A stretch of 15,255 nt of DNA. It comes from Candidatus Poribacteria bacterium. Lineage in GTDB: Bacteria > Poribacteria > WGA-4E > WGA-3G. The notes beneath the pieces are model-generated. The model was not told the DNA's origin and did no database searches. It worked only from the letters and a program-made list of their open reading frames with translations. This document shows positions 1 through 8,858 of this stretch, in pieces. The stretch covers positions 1 through 15,255 of the forward strand of contig CBDBFU010000019.1 of the NCBI GenBank assembly GCA_965205025.1. The letters run 5' to 3'. Positions within the stretch are counted from its first letter, which is position 1. Every line of letters begins with the position of its first letter. A program made the translations under genes and the position numbers.

Positions 1-53
1 CCAATTATCATAAAATATGATACAGTATTCAATCACATTCAAGGACACATCAA

Positions 54-1124
54 ATGGAAAAAACCCATCTGTTTAAACCTTCTCACCTTCATGCAATCAC
101 ACGAACCATATTTGTAGCAGCAGGTGCATCTGACCATATTGCAAATGATGTCGCAGAAATCCTTATCAAAGCAAATCTATCCGGACATGATTCCCACGGG
201 GTATTACGGATTCCAGCATATATCAGAGGAATTAATGATGGGAGTATTATGCCTTCAAATGAACCAGAGATAGTTGATGAAACTGATAATATCATACGTG
301 TAGATGGAAATTCCAGTTTTGGACATTATGTTTCACGATGGTCTATACGTAAAGCAATTGAAAAGGCGAAGACTTCTGGTTCATGTTGCGTGAGTATATT
401 CAATACGGGTCATATTGGACGTTTAGGTGAGTATGCAGAGGAAGCAGCACATTCTGGATGTATAGGTCTAATCTCTGTTGGAATGGGTGGTAAAGGTGCA
501 GGACCAGTAGTTCCGTTCGGTGGTTCTGAAGGTAGATTCAGTACGAATCCTATTGCATTAGGTGTTCCTACTGGTGATAAATCACCTTTTATAGTTGATT
601 ACGCAACGAGTGTGATTGCAGAGGGTAAAATACAGGTTGCACGTAGTAAAGGTTCGGAACTTCCTGATGGATGTATATTAGATAAAAATGGATCACCGAG
701 TGTTGATCCAGTAGATTTCTATGATGGTGGTTCACTCCTCACCTTTGGCCGTCATAAAGGGTACGCACTTGCTATGTTTACATGCTTACTTGGGGGGTTA
801 GCTGGAACGTTCAATGTAGAAGAAGGAAACATGAAAGGCATCTATATGCAGGCAATCAATGTCGATGCATTTACGCCAATTGAAGAATATCAGAAAGGCG
901 TACGTGCTTTCTTAGATGTAATTAAATCTACTACTCCTGCTAAAGGTTTTGATGAAGTTTTAGTTCCAGGAGATTTTGAAGCAAGATTTTATTCCGAACG
1001 AGTTAAATCCGGTATTGAAATACCTGATACAATCAATAAACAATTACATGAATGTGCAAATCAATACAGTGTCTCACTTGATGAAATGATTATACAACCT
1101 GATGATTTAAAGAGATACAAGTAA
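54..1124 (+). CDS. Ldh_2 family (type 2 malate/L-lactate/hydroxycarboxylate dehydrogenase-like) oxidoreductase
   Basis: 356-aa ORF with family motifs GHDSHG, HIGRLG, STNP, D.ATS and HKGY. AAGGA RBS-like sequence upstream. Substrate cannot be determined. Confidence 0.88.
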   Translation: MEKTHLFKPSHLHAITRTIFVAAGASDHIANDVAEILIKANLSGHDSHGVLRIPAYIRGINDGSIMPSNEPEIVDETDNIIRVDGNSSFGHYVSRWSIRKAIEKAKTSGSCCVSIFNTGHIGRLGEYAEEAAHSGCIGLISVGMGGKGAGPVVPFGGSEGRFSTNPIALGVPTGDKSPFIVDYATSVIAEGKIQVARSKGSELPDGCILDKNGSPSVDPVDFYDGGSLLTFGRHKGYALAMFTCLLGGLAGTFNVEEGNMKGIYMQAINVDAFTPIEEYQKGVRAFLDVIKSTTPAKGFDEVLVPGDFEARFYSERVKSGIEIPDTINKQLHECANQYSVSLDEMIIQPDDLKRYK

Positions 1125-1152
1125 TTTGTGCTACCAACCCTGGTTATATCAC

Positions 1153-3664
1153 ATGCGATATTCTTACATATTCTTCATTTTCCTTATACTAACCCATTTT
1201 ACATCTAATTCATTCTCTCAAGAACACACCTATCTAACACATGGTGGTAGTGTTCAAGCAGTTGCCTATTCTCCTATTTCATCTTCTATCATTGCCCAGT
1301 GCTGGTGGCAACAATACTATAAAATTATGGAATTTGGAGGATAGTACAGTAACAATATTAGGCAATCACACTGATATTGTCAATTCTATAGATTTTTCAC
1401 CCGATGGAGAACGTTTGGTTAGTGGTAGTGATGATTACACGATAAAAGTATGGGATATACAGGATAATCGACATATAGTTACACTTAGACATATAACTGA
1501 TTATGCACAATCACAAATTAAGAAAGTTGCTTTTTCTCCTGACGGACAACAGATTATTTCTGCAGGATTCCATTTAAAAATATGGGATATACATACTTTA
1601 AGAGAAATCTCTACTATAAGACATGATGCATGGATATATACTCTTGCCTTTTCTACTGATGGTGAAATGCTTGCTTATGGAGATACATCTGGAAAAATAG
1701 TTGTCCGTAAGATCAAGACCCATCAAGAAGTCATTCAATTTCAGGCAGATTCCGATGTAATAACCACAGTTAAATTCTCACCAAATAATACTACACTGGC
1801 AAGTGGGGGAATAAATGGAGGAATAAAATTGTGGAATATTAAAAATTGGGAGCGAATTGGCACACTTCCAACAAATGGCACTGTAACAGACATAAATTAT
1901 TCACCAAATGGTAATATTCTGGCAAATTCTGATTATGAATCTGTGAATCTATGGCAGATTGAAGATGGAGAGAAAATCACCACTCTAACAGGTCATAAAG
2001 GTTGGGTAAATGCCGCTGTATTTTCACCTGATGGACTATCTATTACAAGTGGAGGTAGTGATGGAACTATACGCTTTTGGGATGTTGAATCATACCAGGA
2101 AGATGACCAAGATATTGTCCGTATTATATATTTTATACCAAGAGATAGTACTGCACAATTTGATATATGGATTAAACTAAACAGCCTTGTTAGAAGAGTT
2201 CAAGAATTTTATGCTGATCAAATGGAAATAAACGGATTTGGCAGAAAAAGTTTCACTTTCGAAACTGATGAATTTGGTAATACTATTGTTCATCAGGTAA
2301 ATGGAATTTTCAATGATTGGTATTATCACTCAGATACAAATCATAAGATTCAGCAAGAGCTAAGATCCATGTATGATATGACAAAGGATGTGTATCTCAT
2401 AGTTGCTGAACTCAGCACTCAGACTGTAGAAACGGAAAATACCTGTGGTATCGGAGGAAGTGTTTGGCTTGAAAAAGAACTTAGGGTCAAATCACATGGA
2501 GGTTATGCCTTAATACCAGCATCTGGTAAGTGTTTTGATGATCAGGTGGGAACTCATACTACTGCACATGAACTTGGTCATGCATTTGGCTTAGAACATG
2601 ATTTCCGTGACAATGATTATATTATGTCCTATGGTGAATCTCCTGAAATGTTATCATACTGTGCAGCTGAATGGTTAAGTGTAAGTCGGTTTTTCAATAC
2701 TAATACTGTTGGTTTCAATAATCCAACATCACTGCAAACCCTTACTCCTCTAACCTATTATCCTTCATCTGATAATTTTTCATTGATTTCTCAAATTACT
2801 GACCTTGATGGATTACACCAAGTTCAACTATTGATACCTACTTCAGACTTAGATCCATCAACTGGAACAAAACTACATAGTTGTCAACGTATAGATGCTA
2901 TAAGTAAAGCGATAGAATTTGATCTATCCTTCCTAACTTCGAATCAAATTAATACGATCGCACTACAAGTAATTGATGTTTATGGAAATATTACCCGGCA
3001 AGAGTATGTTATTAGAGCAGACGCATCAATTTCTACTGATAATCACATTGACGTAAATGGTGATGGAACCATTGATGCAAATGACCTTGTAATTGTTGCT
3101 GCAAATTTTGGAAAGACATTTATTAATGATATTTTCCCAAATCCTGATGTCAATAGGGATGGTATAGTTAATATCATTGACCTACTCTTAATAGTATATG
3201 AACTGGATATAGATTCAAATGCTGCACCATCAATCCAAACTATAGATCTACATTTTAGTTCTTCTATAGTTCAAGGTTGGATTAACCAAGCAAAACAACT
3301 TCATAATAAAGATTTTATTACTGAGATTGGTATACAACGTCTAAAGAAAATTCTTGATTCAATGCCACCTTCCCAAACCCTCCTATTTAAGAATTATCCT
3401 AATCCATTTAATCCTGAAACATGGATTCCATATCAATTATCCAATCCTTCAAATGTAGTGATTACCATCTATGATATACACGGTAATAAAATTAGGACAT
3501 TAGATCTGGGGTATAAACCTACCGGCGTATATATTAATCAAAATCAGGCTGCATATTGGAATGGCAGGAATGATATTGGTGAACCTGTAGGTAGTGGTGT
3601 ATATTTTTATACCCTTAGAACTAATAATTATCAAATTACTCATAAAATGTTATTGAAAAAATAG
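1153..3664 (+). pseudogene. Frameshifted secreted multidomain protein: signal peptide, WD40 beta-propeller, metzincin-type zinc peptidase, dockerin-like repeats and a C-terminal FlgD-Ig/'T9SS type A-like' domain. Either a pseudogene or a sequencing error.
   Basis: ATG1153 gives MRYSYIFFIFLILTHFTSNSFSQ (signal peptide), then HGGSVQAVAYSP..IIA (first half of a WD40 repeat). The repeat continues as SAGGNNTIKLWN only in the +1 frame, after GCCC at 1294-1297. Downstream: WD40 repeats (GHTDIVNSIDFSPDG...IKVWD; GHKGWVNAAVFSPDG...IRFWD), HELGHAFGLEH at 2567-2599 with an IMSY Met-turn, DVNGDGTIDANDL/DVNRDGIVNIIDL, and NYPNPFNPETWIPYQL. Removing one base gives 836 aa. Confidence 0.85.
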
Positions 3665-3839
3665 AACTTCTGAATAACATATTATTTATACATTGTATTT
3701 CCATCTTCTATGTGACTCACTCTTTGCTGTCAGATTTTCTGTTGTTAATCATAAATGCAAATATCACAATTGAATCTACTAACCTTACAACTAATATATC
3801 AGGTATTATTACCTAACATACAGTCTTTAGGAGAAACCT

Positions 3840-6035
3840 ATGGAAGGATATGTTGAAATCGGTGGTATCAAAATAGATAAAGAACTCTTTGCTCTCGTCA
3901 GTAATGAAATTGCTCCCGGAACTGGGATCAATGCTATACAATTTTGGAATTCATTTGATGATATTGTTCACGAGTTTGCAGATGAAAACAGAACACTACT
4001 GAATAAACGTAATCTTATACAAGAACAAATTGATGCATGGTATCTTGAGAGAAAAGATAAACCAATCAACCATGTCGAATACAAGGAATTCCTAACTGAA
4101 ATCGGTTATCTTGTACCTGAAGAAGGTAATTTTATTGTTAGTACTGAAAATGTCGACTTAGAAATCGCAATTATTGCTGGACCTCAATTAGTTGTACCGG
4201 TGGATAATGCACGTTATGCTTTAAATGCTACAAATGCACGATGGGGAAGTCTATACGATGCATTATACGGAACGGATGTTATAGATGAAAGTGACGGGGC
4301 AACAAAAGGAACACAGTATAATCCAATCCGTGGTTCGAAAGTTATTGAATATACTGAAAACTTATTAGATGAAATCATTCCTTTTGAAGATGGCAATTAT
4401 GCTGATATCAATCACTTTTTCTTGAAAACCATTGAAGGAAATTTAAGTCTCCGAGCAAAATTTGAAAATGGACAAGAGATAGGTTTAAAAGATCCAAAAC
4501 AGTTTGTAGGATTTAATCTAAACAATGACGATCTCTCATCAATTCTATTTCAAAATAACGGATTACATATTGAAATACAGATAGACCGTAAACACCCTAT
4601 CGGCAAAGAACATCCCGCAAGTATTTCGGATGTAATTCTTGAATCTGCAATTACGACTATTCAGGATTGTGAAGACTCCGTAGCAGCTGTAGATGCTGAG
4701 GATAAAGTCCGTGTATATAGAAACTGGAACGGGATAATGAAGGGGACACTTGAGACGACATTTGAAAAAAATGGTGAAACAATTACTCGAAAACTTGTAT
4801 CTGATAAATCCTATACCGGTCTTGATGGAACTACTTTCTCACTCTCAGGAAGGAGTTTATTGTTAATTCGTAATGTAGGTTTACATATGTATACAGATGT
4901 TGTTTTAACCTCTGATGATCAAGAAATACCAGAAGGTATTTTGGATGCTATGATAACATCATTTGCTGCCCTGCATGATCTACAAGGTAATACCAAATAT
5001 CCTAATAGCAAAACAGGTAGCGTCTATATTGTCAAACCCAAATTCCATGGTCCTGAGGAAGTAGATATGACTATCCGACTATTTACAAAAATTGAGTTGG
5101 CACTTGGAATCCCGACTAATACACTAAAGATTGGAATAATGGATGAAGAACGACGCACGACTGTAAACCTAAAAGAAGTATTACGAATAGCATCTGAACG
5201 GCTTGTATTTATCAATACTGGATTTTTGGATAGAACGGGAGATGAGATTCACACAAGTATGGTTGCTGGTCCCATGATTCCAAAAATGGAGATTCGAAAC
5301 GAACCTTGGATGCGTGCCTATGAAGATTGGAATGTGGATATCGGAATTGAGACCGGTTTACCAGGAATTACACAGATTGGAAAAGGAATGTGGACTAAAC
5401 CAGATGAAATGGCAGAGATGCTTGAAACGAAAGTTTATCATCCATTAGCAGGGGCAACAACCGCCTGGGTTCCATCACCTACTGCAGCCACATTACACGC
5501 AATCCACTATCATAAAGTTGATGTATCTCAATGGTTGCAAGAGTTAGCATCGCGAGAAAAGGCAAGTTTGATTGATCTATTAACCCCTCCTTTATTAGAT
5601 GATCGAAAGTTAAATCCTGATGAAATACAACATGAATTAGATAATAATGCTCAAGGAATAATCGGTTATGTCGTCAGATGGGTAGACCAAGGGATTGGAT
5701 GTTCAAAAATTCCAGATATTAACAATGTTGGACTAATGGAAGACAGAGCAACTCTACGGATTTCAAGTCAACATATTGCGAATTGGTTACATCATGGAAT
5801 AGTTTCTAAGGAACAAATTATAGAAACATTCAAACGCATGGCAAAAATCGTTGATAAACAGAACGAAGATGATCCAAATTATATTAGTATGTCATCCAAC
5901 TTCGATGAGAGTATTGCTTTCCAAGCTGCCTTAGATTTGGTATTTAAGGGGACAGAATTACCAAACGGTTATACTGAGTTTGTATTACATCCAAGAAGAC
6001 GTGAAGTTAAGGCTAAACAGAAAAACCAAGATTGA
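3840..6035 (+). CDS. glcB: Malate synthase G
   Basis: 731 aa with [35 protein letters not shown] (catalytic Arg), [26 protein letters not shown] and [12 protein letters not shown] (catalytic Asp). AGGAG RBS. Confidence 0.97.
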   Translation: MEGYVEIGGIKIDKELFALVSNEIAPGTGINAIQFWNSFDDIVHEFADENRTLLNKRNLIQEQIDAWYLERKDKPINHVEYKEFLTEIGYLVPEEGNFIVSTENVDLEIAIIAGPQLVVPVDNARYALNATNARWGSLYDALYGTDVIDESDGATKGTQYNPIRGSKVIEYTENLLDEIIPFEDGNYADINHFFLKTIEGNLSLRAKFENGQEIGLKDPKQFVGFNLNNDDLSSILFQNNGLHIEIQIDRKHPIGKEHPASISDVILESAITTIQDCEDSVAAVDAEDKVRVYRNWNGIMKGTLETTFEKNGETITRKLVSDKSYTGLDGTTFSLSGRSLLLIRNVGLHMYTDVVLTSDDQEIPEGILDAMITSFAALHDLQGNTKYPNSKTGSVYIVKPKFHGPEEVDMTIRLFTKIELALGIPTNTLKIGIMDEERRTTVNLKEVLRIASERLVFINTGFLDRTGDEIHTSMVAGPMIPKMEIRNEPWMRAYEDWNVDIGIETGLPGITQIGKGMWTKPDEMAEMLETKVYHPLAGATTAWVPSPTAATLHAIHYHKVDVSQWLQELASREKASLIDLLTPPLLDDRKLNPDEIQHELDNNAQGIIGYVVRWVDQGIGCSKIPDINNVGLMEDRATLRISSQHIANWLHHGIVSKEQIIETFKRMAKIVDKQNEDDPNYISMSSNFDESIAFQAALDLVFKGTELPNGYTEFVLHPRRREVKAKQKNQD

Positions 6036-6070
6036 TATAAGGAATACAACCGAATCATTCCCTTATGTTA

Positions 6071-6223
6071 ACCCAAGTTGCTACTAACGGATTTTGATCG
6101 TTTCAACACAGTTTTTCAAACTCTTTCCTCACCCCAGAGGGGTGATATGTCTATAGAAAAAGGTATATCAACATCCTGCACTCCAGCGAAGTGCTATGTA
6201 AGTAAATCGGTGGCAACTTGGGT
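6071..6223. mobile_element. MITE-like element (153 bp) with ACCC...GGGT ends and two internal REP-like hairpins
   Basis: Perfect 11-bp TIR ACCCAAGTTGC (6071-6081) / GCAACTTGGGT (6213-6223), extending imperfectly. Flanking direct repeat TATGTTA (6064-6070) / TATATTA (6224-6230). Internal hairpins at 6129-6150 and 6178-6199. Confidence 0.7.
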
Positions 6224-7074
6224 TATATTAGTCTGTAAAACTCTATAGCATTATCATGAAATAGTTTATTCAATTCATCAGTTGAACAGCCAGATACTGC
6301 ATCTTTTAGAGACTGTACCCAACGAGGGTATTCTGATGCCAATGTGGAAACAGGCCAATCACTCCCATAAATAACACGATCAAAACTGAATGCTTCTATA
6401 ACATGTTCAATATAGGGTTGTAGATCTTCAGTGGTCCATAAATTATGGTCTGCCTCTGTTACTAAACCAGATATTTTACAGTAGACATTTTCAAAGGATG
6501 CAAGTCTTGTAATTTCCTGTTTCCAAGGTTCAAATAGTTGGTTTTTTATATCTGGTTTCCCTATGTGATCTAAAATAAATTGCACATTAGGACACTGTTC
6601 TACAAGTCTTATTGTATTAGCAAGTTGGGGATGAAAAATACATAGATCAAAGCTCAAATTAAAACTTGAGAGTGTCTTAACACCATTAACAAAGTTAGGT
6701 TGTATACAGAATTCAATATCTTCGGATTGGATAAGACGGCGTATCCCTTTTACAAGAGATTCTTCTGCTAATTTTTCAACGAATGGTGCCACATACTCAC
6801 CCTCTTCAAGTGGTGCCCATGCGACAATTCCTTTAATTCGAGGTTCAACAGCAGTTAGTGAAGTCACCCAGGTCGTTTCCTTAAAACCGTCGTCAGGATG
6901 AGTATCACATTGAACAAAGACTATTGATTGAATATTCAAGTCTTGATGGGCATCTGAGTAGTCTTGTAATAGGAAAGGTTTATTTAGGTTTGGAACATCC
7001 TTAAGCCAAGGATATCTGAGTTGCTTAGGATGCCAAAGATGAACATGTGTATCAACAATTGGGAAATTGTCCAT
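6223..7074 (-). CDS. Amidohydrolase family protein (L-fuconolactonase-like sugar lactonase group)
   Basis: 283 aa with DTHVH, GIRR, FILDH.GKP, CKISG and YGSDWP motifs. GGAGG RBS at 7081-7085 on the minus strand. Confidence 0.88.
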   Translation of the reverse strand: MDNFPIVDTHVHLWHPKQLRYPWLKDVPNLNKPFLLQDYSDAHQDLNIQSIVFVQCDTHPDDGFKETTWVTSLTAVEPRIKGIVAWAPLEEGEYVAPFVEKLAEESLVKGIRRLIQSEDIEFCIQPNFVNGVKTLSSFNLSFDLCIFHPQLANTIRLVEQCPNVQFILDHIGKPDIKNQLFEPWKQEITRLASFENVYCKISGLVTEADHNLWTTEDLQPYIEHVIEAFSFDRVIYGSDWPVSTLASEYPRWVQSLKDAVSGCSTDELNKLFHDNAIEFYRLI

Positions 7075-7103
7075 AACCCACCTCCAATCCGGGAATTAGT
7101 TTT

Positions 7104-7132
7104 ATTGTAGTTTCTAAATTGTTTTTTGTCAA
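7104..7132 (-). promoter_or_regulatory. Sigma70-type promoter of the amidohydrolase gene
   Basis: Minus strand TTGACA (7132-7127), 17-nt spacer, TACAAT (7109-7104), about 30 nt upstream of the ATG. Confidence 0.7.
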
Positions 7133-7238
7133 TAAATTTATGAATTGAAACATGTAATTTTACCATTGATAAGGTGAGTTGGATGTAGGTGAAATCCAGT
7201 TTATAAGTCATTGTCTAAGGGTGTGTAAAGTCTTATCA

Positions 7239-7363
7239 CTATAGATGTCAATTTAAGCATTATATTCTTCTGTAGGAGGGAACTCCGATTCCCGACTGTA
7301 TTTGGGGTCGCGATTCGAAGATCGCTCCTACAAAGAGTCCTATGCTTTAATTGACACTTGTGG
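7239..7363. mobile_element. MITE-like element containing an inverted GTAG-family REP pair (REPIN-like)
   Basis: TIR core TGTCAATTTAAGCAT (7246-7260) / ATGCTTTAATTGACA (7342-7356), 14/15 match, extending outward with transition-only mismatches. Flanking TCTTATCA (7231-7238) / TCTAATCA (7364-7371). Exact ends are uncertain by 1-2 nt. Confidence 0.62.
7272..7331. repeat. Inverted pair of GTAG-type REP sequences
   Basis: GTAGGA-GGGAA-CTCCGA-TTCCC-GA (7272-7295, +) and GTAGGA-GCGAT-CTTCGA-ATCGC-GA (7331-7308, -), 12 nt apart. Confidence 0.75.
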
Positions 7364-7376
7364 TCTAATCATAACC

Positions 7377-7405
7377 TTGAATATACCTTAAGCCTATGTT
7401 ATACT
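7377..7405 (+). promoter_or_regulatory. Sigma70-type promoter with extended -10, upstream of the lipoprotein gene
   Basis: TTGAAT (7377-7382), 17-nt spacer, TATACT (7400-7405), with TG at 7397-7398. Confidence 0.55.
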
Positions 7406-7628
7406 ATAGTTGTAAAATATATTATCTCATTTTGAATAATCTACTGAAATAGGATATTAGATCCCTTTAATTCTAAATCGGGTGTTCCATCAAGAACAAG
7501 TATTTTCACTGTAATTATAACATTCATATTTAATACACAAATCGTCAGACTTGATTCTGACTATAGACATCAGAATTGAACTACTAAACTAAATATTAAC
7601 TTCCAATTATCACCTTCAGGAGTCTAAA

Positions 7629-8285
7629 ATGGATAATCAAAAACTTGTATGTATATTTGTAGTGATATTGTTGTTACCTTTAACCGGATGTGTCTTATTT
7701 ACGCAACAAGAATGGAGTGAAAACTATGCTCTTATGGACGGTGTCAAGTCAAATAGTCCATTAGTGGTTGATGGTAATATTGAAACTATTGGAGAAGCAA
7801 AACTTCCAATGAATTCTACTGGTCAGTTTTCTTCACCTGAAATACTTATCACTTTACCAGAGAAAAAGGTAATACGAAAAATTATCATTCATTCTGATAA
7901 TCTAAAGAAATTAGTTATCTTCGCAGATAAAGGTGGCACAATTCATTCAAGAACAGATTGGCAACTTTTAAAAGAAATTAAAGCTGTAAAATCATATCCA
8001 CTTGAGATACCTATTCTATATTCACACCCTACAGATAAACTAAGAATTGTTATTTTAGACACAACTGATGATGCAGCTGTTGCAAGAAAACAGAAAGCAG
8101 AATTCTCAAGACAGGATTTTGGCAACTTAGCATTTGGTAGAGCTGGATCAAGAATGTTTAATCGAAGATATAATAATGCCAGGATAGGTGAAATTGAAAT
8201 TTATGGTTATAAAACAAAGAAAGAAACTACTATAGCCAACAATGAAACCGACGAATTAGAAACTCTGGATTCTGTAATAGATTAA
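7629..8285 (+). CDS. Hypothetical lipoprotein
   Basis: 218 aa with a hydrophobic N-terminus and lipobox-like LTGC. AGGAG RBS. Segments such as VVDGN...IRKIIIH...LRIVI...IGEIEIYG loosely recall a discoidin/F5-8-like fold (weak). Confidence 0.7.
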   Translation: MDNQKLVCIFVVILLLPLTGCVLFTQQEWSENYALMDGVKSNSPLVVDGNIETIGEAKLPMNSTGQFSSPEILITLPEKKVIRKIIIHSDNLKKLVIFADKGGTIHSRTDWQLLKEIKAVKSYPLEIPILYSHPTDKLRIVILDTTDDAAVARKQKAEFSRQDFGNLAFGRAGSRMFNRRYNNARIGEIEIYGYKTKKETTIANNETDELETLDSVID

Positions 8286-8307
8286 AACTGTAATAGATTA
8301 AAACTGT
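8272..8307. repeat. Perfect tandem duplication of a 16-mer spanning the lipoprotein stop codon
   Basis: CTGTAATAGATTAAAA x2 (8272-8287, 8288-8303) followed by CTGT. Confidence 0.9.
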
Positions 8308-8336
8308 TCATATACATTGAACCGGAGAACAAGAGT

Positions 8337-8807
8337 ATGAGATATTTTGCATACGGTTCAAATCTAAATAAAAAACACATGAAGTGGCGATGTAAGGATG
8401 CGATAGATTTAGGTGTATATACTCTGGAAGGATATCAACTGACATTTCGATACTATGCTGATATTATACCTATGGAAGGAAAATCAGTTATAGGCGGATT
8501 GTGGAAAATTACAAAAGAAGATGAAGTAAGACTTGATAATTATGAAGGATTTCCAAAATTATATAAGAAAGAATATCAAGATGATATAATGTTTTATCGT
8601 ATGAAAGATGAAACAAGAGAGTTAGAATTTCCCGCACACGGCTATCTGGAAGGTATGCTTATAGGAATGGAACATTTTGAACTTTCTCCTATTGAGACAT
8701 TAAACCAGAACCTTGGAAATCCACCTATACAAAACAGACAAATTACAGGAGACCAGGTGGAAGTCTGTATACAATTGATTGCTGAATCATTAGGATTGGA
8801 ATTGTAA
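8337..8807 (+). CDS. Gamma-glutamylcyclotransferase (GGCT/AIG2-like) family protein
   Basis: N-terminal YFAYGSNL, L.GYQL.F, GGLWKI and LDNYEG (catalytic Glu motif). GGAG RBS. Confidence 0.85.
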   Translation: MRYFAYGSNLNKKHMKWRCKDAIDLGVYTLEGYQLTFRYYADIIPMEGKSVIGGLWKITKEDEVRLDNYEGFPKLYKKEYQDDIMFYRMKDETRELEFPAHGYLEGMLIGMEHFELSPIETLNQNLGNPPIQNRQITGDQVEVCIQLIAESLGLEL

Positions 8808-8858
8808 AATTCATTGTAATCAACTATTAGTTCATGTTCTCTGGAAAAATTATAACCT

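Noticed and set aside
1285-1310. Programmed ribosomal frameshift or phase-variable tract
   Set aside because: Only a C3 run. No slippery heptamer, no stop or obvious stimulatory structure at the shift site, and the run is too short for phase variation.
1126-1344. Independent 72-aa gene
   Set aside because: It is the N-terminal fragment of the frameshifted WD40 gene; residues after IIA are out-of-frame read-through.
6984-7211. 75-aa minus-strand ORF
   Set aside because: Overlaps the amidohydrolase start, RBS and promoter in another frame; no recognisable motif.
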